A program made the translations under genes and the position numbers. Source: Alphaproteobacteria bacterium (GTDB lineage: Bacteria; Pseudomonadota; Alphaproteobacteria; SP197). From it: a stretch of DNA of 64,000 bases. This document shows positions 1 through 9,486 of the stretch, piece by piece. The stretch lies in contig OZ219918.1 of assembly GCA_964291415.2 (NCBI GenBank), positions 416,001 to 480,000 on the forward strand, in the 5' to 3' direction. Below the pieces are notes generated by a model that saw nothing but the letters and a program-made list of their open reading frames with translations, was not told the DNA's origin and did not search any database. Position 1 is the stretch's first letter, and each line of letters starts with the position of its first letter.

Positions 1-1
1 T

Positions 2-106
2 TCGCCGCCCCACGACGTGGGTGGCATGACCGCCTACCTCGCCGGTTGCGTCATGCTCGAGGGCATGCGTCTCGTTGCAGCATCCCCGACCCGCGACCGG
101 CCATGA
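2..106 (+). CDS. C-terminal fragment of an agmatinase/ureohydrolase (arginase family) protein, truncated by the window edge
   Basis: Frame +2 reads SPPHDVGGMTAYLAGCVMLEGMRLVAASPTRDRP* (TGA 104-106), resembling the EVSPPxDxxGxT C-terminal motif of ureohydrolases. Confidence 0.6.
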   Translation, partial: SPPHDVGGMTAYLAGCVMLEGMRLVAASPTRDRP

Positions 107-403
107 TCCCGGCCGCCATGCCGTTTGAGAAAGCGTCTTTCGCCTTTCTCATCCTTACCGGACCACGATGGAGGCGCAGGCGCCCGTTGACCGGTGGATG
201 ACGGGAGCCAACGCGGGCACTCCAGGGCTGGCTCCGGAATTCCCTTCGCGTCGCCAGCGGGAACTGGAAGTTCGGCCGGTATCCCAGCCCCATTGAGACG
301 GCTGCCGAGCCTCTCCGGAGAGGAACCCCGGCCGTAGTGCGCATTGAGCCAAGGCGCCCGCGCGGTGCGGCTGGCGCGGTGGCGCCGGACTCCTCCATGC
401 CCC

Positions 404-434
404 TTGACATGCCACAGGAGAACAAATAAAGAAC
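404..434 (+). promoter_or_regulatory. SOS promoter of imuA: TTGACA -35 element and alphaproteobacterial LexA box GAAC-N7-GAAC
   Basis: TTGACA at 404-409; GAACAAATAAAGAAC at 420-434, 4 nt upstream of the imuA ATG. Confidence 0.9.
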
Positions 435-438
435 AAAC

Positions 439-1305
439 ATGACCTCTTCCTGTTCTCCCGAAAGAGCGAGCGCCTGCCCCGGCGCATCTGCCGTCTCGAA
501 GGATGCCGGCCTTGCGGCGCTGCGCCGGTGCATCGCGGCGCTGGAGCGGCGCTCGCCGGGACCGGCGCATCCTGCTGATCTGCCGCGGCCCTGGCAGACC
601 GGGATTGCGGCGCTGGACGGGGCGCTGCCGACGGATCGGGGATCGGACCCGGCGGCATCCGGACTGATCCTGGGCGGGGTGCACGAGGCGGCCGGCGCTT
701 CCCCGGCCGACCGGCCGGCGGCCCTGGCCTTTCTTGCCGCCCTGCTGGCCCGACTCGGCCGGCACGGTCCGGTGGTGGTCTGCCAGGGTCCCGGCAGCGT
801 CGCCCGGCTGGGCCGGCTCTACGGACCGGGCTGGCGGGATCTCGGCACGGATCCGGCGGCCCTGGTGATTGTCGAGACCCGGCACGAACGGGATGTGCTG
901 TGGGCGATGGAGGAGAGTCTGCGCAGTGGCGCCGCTGCGGCGGTTCTGGGCGAGACGGAACAGCTTGCCTTCGTCGCCAGCCGCCGTCTGGCGCTGGCCG
1001 CGCGCGAAGGCGGGACACCCTTGCTGCTGTTGCGCGGCGACGGGCTTGCCCCGGCAAGCGCCGCCTTTTCGCGTTGGCGTGTTGCGGCCTGGCCGGGTTC
1101 CGTCTCGCCGTTCGATGAGGCCGCTCCCGGCCTGCCTCGCTGGCGTCTGGAACTGACGCGCTGCCGGGGCGGACGGCCCGTGACCTGCATTGTGGAGTGG
1201 AACCGTGAGACGGGTCATTTCGATATGGCTGCCGCGCTGGCCGATCGATCGGCTGCGTCGCGCACGGCGGGCCACCACCCTGCCCTCGAGCGGGCTGCCG
1301 GCTGA
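439..1305 (+). CDS. imuA: ImuA (RecA/SulA-like mutasome accessory protein)
   Basis: DVLWAMEESLRSGAAAAVLGE, SRRLALAAREGG and RWRLELTRCRGG motifs; first gene of the imuA-imuB-dnaE2 cassette. Confidence 0.9.
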   Translation: MTSSCSPERASACPGASAVSKDAGLAALRRCIAALERRSPGPAHPADLPRPWQTGIAALDGALPTDRGSDPAASGLILGGVHEAAGASPADRPAALAFLAALLARLGRHGPVVVCQGPGSVARLGRLYGPGWRDLGTDPAALVIVETRHERDVLWAMEESLRSGAAAAVLGETEQLAFVASRRLALAAREGGTPLLLLRGDGLAPASAAFSRWRVAAWPGSVSPFDEAAPGLPRWRLELTRCRGGRPVTCIVEWNRETGHFDMAAALADRSAASRTAGHHPALERAAG

Positions 1306-2767
1306 GCCGGTTCCGTTCGCGCTCACCGCGCCGGGACGGCACGGCGTGGTGCTGGCGGCGGTCAACCGGCAGGCCGAAGCGGGAGGACTCGTGTCCGGCA
1401 TGCGGCTTGCGGACGCTCGCGCGCTTGTGCCCCGCCTCGCCACTGCCGGATCCCGGCCTGAAGAAGACCAGCGTGGCCTCGAACGCCTCGCACTGTGGTG
1501 CCACCGCTTCACGCCCTCGAGCGCGGTCGACGGTGCGGACGGCCTGCTGCTCGACATCACGGGCTGCGCCCATCTCTTCGGCGGCGAAGCGGCGATGGCG
1601 GTGGAGGTGGAGGCGCGCCTTGCGGGGCTTGGCTTCGAGGCGCGGACCGGACTTGCCGACACCCCTGCTGCCGCCTGGGCGCTCGCCCGCTTCGGCGACG
1701 AGGGCCGGCGCATCGCCGAACCCTGCCGGACCCTGGCCGTGCTGGCGCCGTTGCCGGTCGAGGCGCTCAGGCTTGTACCCGAAGACAGCCGCCTGTTGCG
1801 CCGCCTCGGCCTTGCGACCGTCGGTGCGGTGGAATCCTTGCCGCGCGCGGCGCTTGCCCGCCGCTTCGGCCGGCACAGCGGCGCCGTGCTGCACCGTCTC
1901 GACTGCGCATTCGGGCGACGCACCGATCCTGTCGCGTCCCTGCTGCCGCCGCCCGCCTGTCTTGCGCGCCTTGCCTTTCCGGAACCGCTGATCGACCTCG
2001 CGGCGCTGGAGTCGGCGCTTGCCCGTTTGCTGGACAATCTCTCTGCCTCGCTGGAACGCAAAGGACTGGGCGTGCGGGATCTTGTGCTCCTGTTCTTCCG
2101 GGTGGATGGCGGCACGGCGCGACGCCGTGTTTCTACCGCACGCGCCACCCGCGACGGCGCACATCTTGGAGGTCTCTTCGCCGGAAAGATCGAGACCGTG
2201 GACCCCGGCTTCGGGATTGACGTCGTGGTGCTCCACGCGGTCCGCACCGAACCGCTTGCATCGGAGCAGTACCAGCTGGCGGCTGACGGACTGGAGGGCA
2301 GGGGAGGCAGTGATGACCTTGTCCGCCTGATCGACCGCCTGCAGGCCCGTCTCGGGAAGGAATCCGTCTTTCGCCTCGAATCGGTCGCAAGTCACCTGCC
2401 GGAACGTGCCGAGCGGCGGACGGACCCCGATGGCAAGGGCGCGATACGGCCCGCGCAGCCAGGGATGCCGCAACGACCCCTGCGCCTGTTCGACCGGCCC
2501 GAGCCGGTGGACGCCGTAGCGGAAGTACCGGACGGGCCGCCGGCGCTGTTCACCTGGCGTCGAGTCCGCCGCCGCATCGTCCGCGCCGAGGGGCCCGAGC
2601 GCATTGAACCGGAATGGTGGGCTGGCGGGCCGGAGGCAAGACCGCGCGACTACTACCGTGTCGAGGATCGGGACGGTCGCCGCTACTGGCTCTTCCGGGC
2701 CGGGCTCTACCGGGACGCCGGGGGCAAGGGACCGCCCCGCTGGTACATCCACGGGCTATACGGATGA
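1205..2767 (+). CDS. imuB: ImuB, Y-family polymerase-like scaffold
   Basis: GTG start VRRVISIWLPRWPIDR; DGLLLDITGCAHLFGGE; C-terminal GPERIEPEWW...RDYYRVED...WLFR. Confidence 0.92.
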   Translation: MRRVISIWLPRWPIDRLRRARRATTLPSSGLPAEPVPFALTAPGRHGVVLAAVNRQAEAGGLVSGMRLADARALVPRLATAGSRPEEDQRGLERLALWCHRFTPSSAVDGADGLLLDITGCAHLFGGEAAMAVEVEARLAGLGFEARTGLADTPAAAWALARFGDEGRRIAEPCRTLAVLAPLPVEALRLVPEDSRLLRRLGLATVGAVESLPRAALARRFGRHSGAVLHRLDCAFGRRTDPVASLLPPPACLARLAFPEPLIDLAALESALARLLDNLSASLERKGLGVRDLVLLFFRVDGGTARRRVSTARATRDGAHLGGLFAGKIETVDPGFGIDVVVLHAVRTEPLASEQYQLAADGLEGRGGSDDLVRLIDRLQARLGKESVFRLESVASHLPERAERRTDPDGKGAIRPAQPGMPQRPLRLFDRPEPVDAVAEVPDGPPALFTWRRVRRRIVRAEGPERIEPEWWAGGPEARPRDYYRVEDRDGRRYWLFRAGLYRDAGGKGPPRWYIHGLYG

Positions 2768-5700
2768 GCGGCGTCGCCTATGCGGAATTGCAGGCAAGCA
2801 GCAATTTCAGCTTCCTGCGCGGCGCCTCCCATGCGGAAGAACTGGTGGAGGAGGCCGCGCGTCTCGGACTCGTGGCCATCGGCATTGCCGACCGCAACAC
2901 GCTTGCCGGCGCGGTGCGCGCCCACGTGGCGGCAAAGCGGGCCGGCATCCGACTCCTGACCGGCGCGCGGCTCGACCTCGCCGACGGCGCCTCGCTGCTC
3001 TGCTACCCCCGCGACCGCGCGGCCTGGGGCCGCCTCTGCCGGCTGCTCACCCTCGGTCAGCGGCGTGAGACCAAGGGCAAGTGCCTGCTCTACCGGGAGG
3101 ACCTGCTTTCTCATGCCGAGGGACAGCTGCTGATTGCGCTGCCCCCGGAAGACGGCAGCGTCGAGGATTTCGGGATGGAACTTGCCAGGTTCCGCCACGC
3201 GCATGACGGGCCGCTCTATCTCGCCGCGCACATGCTCCATCGAGGCGACGACCGCGCCCGCCTTAATCGTCTGGCGGCGCTTGCGGAGCGCACCGGCACG
3301 CCACTGCTGGCCACCAACGACGTCCACTACCACCGGCCCGGGCGACGTCCCCTTCAGGACGTGCTGACGGCGATTCGCGAACATGTCACCGTGGCGCAGG
3401 CGGGCTGGCGCCTTGCCGCCAATGCCGAGCGTCACCTCAAGGAGGGAACCGAGATGGTGCGCCTCTTCCGCGGTCATGAAGAGGCGGTGGAGCGGAGCCT
3501 CGAGGCCGTCTCCCTTTGCAGCTTCAGCCTCGACGAGATCGCCTATGAATATCCCGATGAGCCGGTGCCACCCGGCTCGTCGCCGCAGCGTCATCTGGAG
3601 GCGCTCGTCCGGAAAGGCGCAGTCCGGTGTTATCCGGACGGCATTCCGGAGAAGGTCTGCGCCGCGCTCCATCACGAGCTCGAGCTGATCGACGAACTGG
3701 GCTACGCACCCTACTTCCTCACCGTTCACGACATCGTGCGCTTTGCCGACAGCAAGGACATCCTCTGCCAGGGGCGGGGCTCGGCGGCGAACTCGGCTGT
3801 CTGCTACTGCCTCGGCATCACGGCCGTCGATCCGGAGCAAATCGACCTCTTGTTCGAGCGGTTCGTCTCCCGCGAACGCCGCGAGCCACCCGATATCGAC
3901 ATCGATTTCGAGCATGAGCGGCGCGAGGAGGTGATCCAGTACATCTACGGGCGCTATGGCCGCGAACGCGCCGGGATCGCCGCGACCGTCATCTCCTACC
4001 GCGCCCGCAGCGCCGTGCGTGATGTGGGCAAGGCGATGGGACTCTCCGAAGACACCGCCGCGGCACTGGCTGCCGCTGTCCGTGACATGCACCGTGAGGG
4101 CGTGCCCGAACAGCGCCTCCGCGAGGCCGGGCTTGACCCGGCCGATCCGCTGCTGCGGCGGACCGTCGCCCTCGCGACGGAACTGCAGGGCTTCCCCCGC
4201 CATCTCTCGCAGCATGTCGGCGGTTTCGTGCTGACGCGCGGCCGCCTCGACGAGACCGTGCCCATCGGCAATGCGGGGATGAAGGACCGCACCTTCATCG
4301 AGTGGGACAAGGACGACCTCGAGGCGCTCGGCCTGATGAAGGTCGATGTGTTGGGCCTCGGCATGCTGACCTGCATTCGCAAGGCCTTCGAACTGCTGGC
4401 TGCGCACAAGGGACTGAACCTCGCGCTCCCCACCGTGCCGATGGAGGACGAGCAAGTCTATGACATGCTCTGCCGGGCCGACACGATAGGCGTCTTCCAG
4501 GTCGAGAGCCGGGCGCAGATGAACATGCTGCCGCGACTGAAGCCGCGCTGCTACTACGACCTGGTGATCGAGGTGGCGATCGTGCGGCCGGGCCCGATCC
4601 AGGGCGACATGGTGCATCCCTTTCTGCGGCGGCGGGACGGGCTGGAGAACGTGGTCTATCCCGAGCCCGCGCCCGAGCACGGGCCGCCGGACGAGTTGCG
4701 CAAGGTGCTGGAGAAGACACTCGGCGTGCCGCTCTTCCAGGAACAGGCGATGCGCATCGCCATGGAAGCCGCCCGCTTCACGCCGGATGAGGCCAATGCG
4801 CTGCGCCATGCCATGGCGACCTTCCGCAAGCGTGGCACACTCAGTTCCTTGCGGGACCGGATGGTGGACCGGATGACCGCTCGCGGCTACGACCCGGAAC
4901 TCGCGGCGCGATGCTTTCGCCAGATCGAGGGCTTCGGGGACTACGGCTTCCCGGAGTCCCATGCCGCGAGCTTTGCGCTGCTGGCCTGGGTCTCCTCCTG
5001 GCTCAAGTGCCACCATCCGGAGGTCTTTGCCTGTGCGCTGCTCAATTCCCAGCCGATGGGCTTCTACGCTCCTGCCCAGATCGTGCGCGACGCACGCGAA
5101 CACGGGGTCGAGGTGCTCCCGGTCGATGTCCATGCGAGCAGCTGGGACAACAGCCTGGAGCGCATGACGGACGGACGCCACGCGCTCAGGCTTGGCTTCC
5201 GCCAGATCACCGGCTTCGGCAAGGAGGATGCGAAGCGCATCGGGAAGGCACGCGACGACAAGCCCTGGGGGGATATCGCCATGTTGCAGCGCGAGACCGG
5301 GATCGGTGCCGCCGCCATCGAGACGCTGGCTGCCGCCGATGCCTTTCGCTCCATGGGCCTCGACCGGCGCCAGGCCCTTTGGCAGGCCCGTGCCTTGCCG
5401 AAAGGAGAGCCGCTGCCACTGTTCGAAGCGGCAAACGGGCCGACCGAGGGCACAGAAGCGCCGGCCACGTTGCCTGCCATGGCGCCCGGCGAGGAGGTCA
5501 TCGAGGACTACCGCACTCTCAGGCTTTCACTCCGGGCGCATCCGCTCGCCTTCCTGCGCGCGCGCCTGGCAAACCGGGGTGCACTGGCAGCCGAAGCCAT
5601 CGCCGATGCTCGCGACAAGGAGCGTGCCGCCGCCGCCGGTCTCGTCCTGGTCCGCCAGCGTCCGGGCAGCGCCAGCGGCGTCATCTTCATGACGCTGGAA

Positions 5701-5976
5701 GATGAAACCGGCGTCGTGAACATCGTGGTCTGGCCCAGGGTGCTGGAGAGTTTCCGCAGGGCGGTGCTGGGCGCACGCCTCGTCCTGGTTCGGGGGCGCA
5801 TCCAGCGCGCCGGCGACATCGTCCATGTCGTCGCCGACCGGCTGGAGGATCTGACCGGCTGGCTCGACCTGCTGACGCCGGACGACCGGCCCGCGCCGCC
5901 GCCCGGTCCCGTCGCCTTCCCCTCGCGCCATCCGCGGAACGTGCGCACGATCCCGAAATCACGCGACTTCCGATGA
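2764..5976 (+). CDS. dnaE2: Error-prone DNA polymerase III alpha subunit DnaE2 (ImuC)
   Basis: PHP start YAELQASSNFSFLRGAS; QGRGSAANS; PDIDIDFEH; GFPESHAASF; C-terminal SRDFR; ATGA overlap with the imuB stop. Confidence 0.97.
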   Translation: MSGVAYAELQASSNFSFLRGASHAEELVEEAARLGLVAIGIADRNTLAGAVRAHVAAKRAGIRLLTGARLDLADGASLLCYPRDRAAWGRLCRLLTLGQRRETKGKCLLYREDLLSHAEGQLLIALPPEDGSVEDFGMELARFRHAHDGPLYLAAHMLHRGDDRARLNRLAALAERTGTPLLATNDVHYHRPGRRPLQDVLTAIREHVTVAQAGWRLAANAERHLKEGTEMVRLFRGHEEAVERSLEAVSLCSFSLDEIAYEYPDEPVPPGSSPQRHLEALVRKGAVRCYPDGIPEKVCAALHHELELIDELGYAPYFLTVHDIVRFADSKDILCQGRGSAANSAVCYCLGITAVDPEQIDLLFERFVSRERREPPDIDIDFEHERREEVIQYIYGRYGRERAGIAATVISYRARSAVRDVGKAMGLSEDTAAALAAAVRDMHREGVPEQRLREAGLDPADPLLRRTVALATELQGFPRHLSQHVGGFVLTRGRLDETVPIGNAGMKDRTFIEWDKDDLEALGLMKVDVLGLGMLTCIRKAFELLAAHKGLNLALPTVPMEDEQVYDMLCRADTIGVFQVESRAQMNMLPRLKPRCYYDLVIEVAIVRPGPIQGDMVHPFLRRRDGLENVVYPEPAPEHGPPDELRKVLEKTLGVPLFQEQAMRIAMEAARFTPDEANALRHAMATFRKRGTLSSLRDRMVDRMTARGYDPELAARCFRQIEGFGDYGFPESHAASFALLAWVSSWLKCHHPEVFACALLNSQPMGFYAPAQIVRDAREHGVEVLPVDVHASSWDNSLERMTDGRHALRLGFRQITGFGKEDAKRIGKARDDKPWGDIAMLQRETGIGAAAIETLAAADAFRSMGLDRRQALWQARALPKGEPLPLFEAANGPTEGTEAPATLPAMAPGEEVIEDYRTLRLSLRAHPLAFLRARLANRGALAAEAIADARDKERAAAAGLVLVRQRPGSASGVIFMTLEDETGVVNIVVWPRVLESFRRAVLGARLVLVRGRIQRAGDIVHVVADRLEDLTGWLDLLTPDDRPAPPPGPVAFPSRHPRNVRTIPKSRDFR

Positions 5977-6053
5977 GGCGGTGGCCCGTCCGGCGCCGGG
6001 AAAGCGCGGCTCTGTCGGGCAGGGCAACCTCCCCGGGTGAAGGAAGGCCCGCC

Positions 6054-8036
6054 CTACGGTGTTCCGGCAGCGATGTCGGCGATGTCGCGGATGATGGCCG
6101 TGATGTCGTAGTCCCGTGGCGAGTAGGTTCTTGCCACACCGGCATGTCTTAGAAGCGGGATGTCGGCCTCGGGAATGATGCCGCCGACGACGATGGGAAC
6201 GGCCTCGCAGCCCTCCTCGTCCATGAGCCGCCGGATCTCCGTTACGAGGCGGATGTGGGCGCCCGAGAGAATGGAGAGTCCGACCACGTGCACGCTCTCC
6301 TCGACAGCGGATGAGGCGATCTGCTCGGGCGACAGCCTGATACCCTGGTAAACCACCTCGATACCGCAGTCGCGGGCGCGCAGGGCAATCTGCTCGGCGC
6401 CATTGGAGTGGCCGTCAAGCCCGGGCTTGCCGACCAGGAGCTTCAGCCTGCGACCCAGGACCTGCGACGCGCGTTCCACATGACGGCGGGCAGTGTCGAG
6501 GTCGCCGGTGGACACCGCCGGTGCCGCCGACAGTCCGGTGGGTGCCCGGTAGCCTCCGAAGACCTCGCGCAGGGCTCCGCCCCACTCTCCGGTGGTCACT
6601 CCCGCCCCGGCGCAGGCGATGGAGGGCTCCATGATGTTGCGGCCCTCGCGGGCAGCCGCCTTCAGGTCATCGAGGGCTGCGCTTGCCGCCCTGTCATCGC
6701 GGCTGGCACGCCATGCCGTCAGGCTGGCGATCTGTGACTCCTCGGCGTCATGCGAAACAGTCATGAACTCGTTGCCGGAGAGCGGCGAGGGTGCCGATTC
6801 GGTGAACACGTTGACGCCGACGACGGACGTTTCGCCTGATTCGATGGCGGCAAATCTCCTTGCGTTCGATTCGACGAGTCGCTGCTTCATGTAGCCTGAC
6901 TCAACGGCAGCGAGGGCGCCGCCGGCCCTGTTGATGACGTCGAGTTCCTCGAGGGCGGCCCGCTTCAAATCCTCGACCTTCGCTTCGATGGCGGCGTTGC
7001 CGTCGAAGATGTCGTCGAACTCCAGGAGATCGGTTTCCATGGCGACGATCTGCTGCAGGCGCAGGCTCCACTGCTGGTCCCATGGCCGCGGCAGACCGAG
7101 GGCCTCGTTCCATGCCGGCAACTGGACCGCGCGGGCCCGCGCCTTTCTTGACAGGGTCACCGCGAGCATCTCGAGGAGAATGCGGTAGACATTGTTTTCC
7201 GGCTGCTGTTCCGTCAGTCCCAGGGAGTTGACCTGGACGCCGTAGCGGAAGCGGCGGAACCTCGCATCCTCGATGCCGTAGCGCTTGAGCGTGATGTCGT
7301 CCCACAGCTCGGTGAAGGCCCGCATCTTGCACATTTCCGTGATGAACCGGATGCCGGCGTTGACGAAGAAGCTGACGCGCCCCACCACCCGGGCGAAGCC
7401 CTCGTCCGTCACCTCGCCCGATTCCCTGATCGCATCGAGGATGGCGATGGCGTTGGCCAGCGAGAAGGCAATCTCCTGAACCGGCGTCGCTCCGGCTTCC
7501 TGCAGGTGATAGGGGCAGACGTTGACAGGGTTCCAGGCGGGTGTTTCGCGAACCGAGAAGAGGATGGTGTCCGTCGTCAGCCTGAGAGAGGGTCCGGGCG
7601 GGAAAATATAGGTGCCGCGCGACAGGTACTCCTTGACGATGTCGTTCTGGATGGTCCCCTGGAGCGCCTTTCGGGCCACGCCGCGCCGGTCGGCAAGCGC
7701 GATGTAGAGGGCGAAGAGCCACGGCGCGGTGGCGTTGATCGTCATCGACGTGTTCATGCGTTCGAGAGGGATGCCGTCGAACAGAGTTTCCATGTCGCCG
7801 AGATGGGAGACCGGCACGCCGACCCGTCCGACCTCGCCGCGGGCGATGGCCTCGTCGGCGTCGTGGCCTGTCTGGGTCGGCAGATCAAAGGCCACAGACA
7901 GTCCCGTCTGTCCACGCTCCAGGTTCGTGCGGTAGAGCCGGTTGGAGTCCCGTGCCGTGCTGTGGCCGGAATAGGTCCGCATGAGCCACGGACGATCCCT
8001 GTTCCGGCCAGAACTGGGAGGGGACGAGCTTGTCAT
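6054..8036 (-). CDS. ecm: Ethylmalonyl-CoA mutase (MeaA/Ecm), B12-dependent
   Basis: PWLMRTYSGHS, GLSVAFDLPTQTG and B12-binding KPGLDGHSNGAEQI motifs; divergent from ccr; start chosen at MTSSSPP. Confidence 0.93.
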   Translation of the reverse strand: MTSSSPPSSGRNRDRPWLMRTYSGHSTARDSNRLYRTNLERGQTGLSVAFDLPTQTGHDADEAIARGEVGRVGVPVSHLGDMETLFDGIPLERMNTSMTINATAPWLFALYIALADRRGVARKALQGTIQNDIVKEYLSRGTYIFPPGPSLRLTTDTILFSVRETPAWNPVNVCPYHLQEAGATPVQEIAFSLANAIAILDAIRESGEVTDEGFARVVGRVSFFVNAGIRFITEMCKMRAFTELWDDITLKRYGIEDARFRRFRYGVQVNSLGLTEQQPENNVYRILLEMLAVTLSRKARARAVQLPAWNEALGLPRPWDQQWSLRLQQIVAMETDLLEFDDIFDGNAAIEAKVEDLKRAALEELDVINRAGGALAAVESGYMKQRLVESNARRFAAIESGETSVVGVNVFTESAPSPLSGNEFMTVSHDAEESQIASLTAWRASRDDRAASAALDDLKAAAREGRNIMEPSIACAGAGVTTGEWGGALREVFGGYRAPTGLSAAPAVSTGDLDTARRHVERASQVLGRRLKLLVGKPGLDGHSNGAEQIALRARDCGIEVVYQGIRLSPEQIASSAVEESVHVVGLSILSGAHIRLVTEIRRLMDEEGCEAVPIVVGGIIPEADIPLLRHAGVARTYSPRDYDITAIIRDIADIAAGTP

Positions 8037-8072
8037 GACATCCATCCACGCACGGTCACCGGTCAATCATGC

Positions 8073-8161
8073 TGCGATGCAATAAACGTTGCAAATGCCC
8101 GGCAGGCCAAAAACAATGGGATTGCAGCCGCTTCCCCGTTGACATGTTGCAATGCAACATG
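8073..8161. promoter_or_regulatory. ecm/ccr divergent control region with TGC-N3-GCA (PhaR/AniA-like) boxes
   Basis: TGCGATGCA at 8073-8081; inverted repeat CATGTTGCA-A-TGCAACATG at 8143-8161 overlapping TTGACA (8139-8144). Confidence 0.6.
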
Positions 8162-8195
8162 AAATTGACTGTGTTGAAACCGACTGGAGCAGATC

Positions 8196-9479
8196 ATGGT
8201 CATGGCAGCCGATGCGCCGTCCGGAGAGTACGAGGCGCCGATCAAGGATCTCTACGAACTTGGCGAGATCCCGCCGCTGGGACATGTTCCGGCCAACATG
8301 TATGCGTGGGCGATCCGCCGCGAACGCCATGGCGAACCCTCGACGGCGATGCAGGTGGAGGTGCTGCCGACGCACGAGATCGACAGCAACGAGGTCCTGG
8401 TTCTCGTGATGGCGGCAGGCGTCAACTACAACGGCGTGTGGGCCTCTCTCGGCGTTCCCATCAGTCCTTTCGACGTTCACAAGGGCGACGTCCACATTGC
8501 CGGGTCCGACGCCTCGGGAATTGTCTGGGCCGTCGGCTCCAGGGTGAAGCGCTGGAAGGTCGGTGACGAGGTCGTCATCCACTGCAACCAGGACGATGGC
8601 GATGACGAGGAATGCAACGGTGGCGATCCGATGTATTCCACCAGCCAGCGCATCTGGGGCTATGAGACCGGTGATGGCAGCTTCGCCCAGTTCACCCGTG
8701 TCCAGGCCCAGCAGCTCATGGCCCGTCCGCGCCACCTCACCTGGGAAGAGTCGGCCTGCTATACCCTGACCCTGGCGACGGCCTACCGCATGCTGTTCGG
8801 CCACCGGCCGCATATCCTCAGGCCCGGCCACAACGTGCTGGTGTGGGGCGCCTCGGGAGGCCTTGGATCCTATGCCGTCCAGCTGATCGCCACCGCCGGC
8901 GCCAATGCCATCGGCGTCATCAGCGACGATGAGAAGGCCGACTTCGTGATGTCGCTCGGTGCGCGCGGCGTCATCAACCGGAAGGACTACGACTGCTGGG
9001 GCCGGCTGCCGGAGGTCTCGGATACCGCGGCCTATGCCGCCTACATGAAGAAGTGCCGGGAGTTCGGCAAGGCCATCTGGTCCTTCACCGGCAAGGGCAA
9101 CGATGTCGACTTCGTCTTCGAACACCCGGGCGAGTCGACGTTCCCGGTCTCGTGTTTTGTCGTCAAGCGCGGTGGCATGGTGGTGTTCTGTGCCGGGACC
9201 ACCGGATACAACATCACCTTCGATGCCCGCTTCGTGTGGATGCGCCAGAAGCGCATCCAGGGCAGCCATTTTGCCAACCTCATGCAGGCGGCACAGGCGA
9301 ACCGGCTGATGCTGGAACGCCGGCTCGATCCCTGCATGTCGGAAGTCTTCTCGTGGGACGACATTCCCCGCGCCCACATGAAGATGCGGGCCAACGAGCA
9401 CAAGCCGGGTAACATGGCGGTTCTCGTGCAGTCCCCGCGACCGGGCTTGCGCACCCTCGAGGACGTCCTCGAAGGCTAG
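8196..9479 (+). CDS. ccr: Crotonyl-CoA carboxylase/reductase
   Basis: KDLYELGEIPPLGHVP, VMAAGVNYNGVWA, QRIWGYET and WMRQKRIQGSHFAN motifs. Confidence 0.97.
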   Translation: MVMAADAPSGEYEAPIKDLYELGEIPPLGHVPANMYAWAIRRERHGEPSTAMQVEVLPTHEIDSNEVLVLVMAAGVNYNGVWASLGVPISPFDVHKGDVHIAGSDASGIVWAVGSRVKRWKVGDEVVIHCNQDDGDDEECNGGDPMYSTSQRIWGYETGDGSFAQFTRVQAQQLMARPRHLTWEESACYTLTLATAYRMLFGHRPHILRPGHNVLVWGASGGLGSYAVQLIATAGANAIGVISDDEKADFVMSLGARGVINRKDYDCWGRLPEVSDTAAYAAYMKKCREFGKAIWSFTGKGNDVDFVFEHPGESTFPVSCFVVKRGGMVVFCAGTTGYNITFDARFVWMRQKRIQGSHFANLMQAAQANRLMLERRLDPCMSEVFSWDDIPRAHMKMRANEHKPGNMAVLVQSPRPGLRTLEDVLEG

Positions 9480-9486
9480 GGGCCGG

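Noticed and set aside
34-5181. Long antisense ORFs (737, 865 and 824 aa) over imuA/imuB/dnaE2, and similar long shadow ORFs elsewhere
   Set aside because: Typical of high-GC DNA; low-complexity R/A/G/P translations lying opposite clearly recognisable genes
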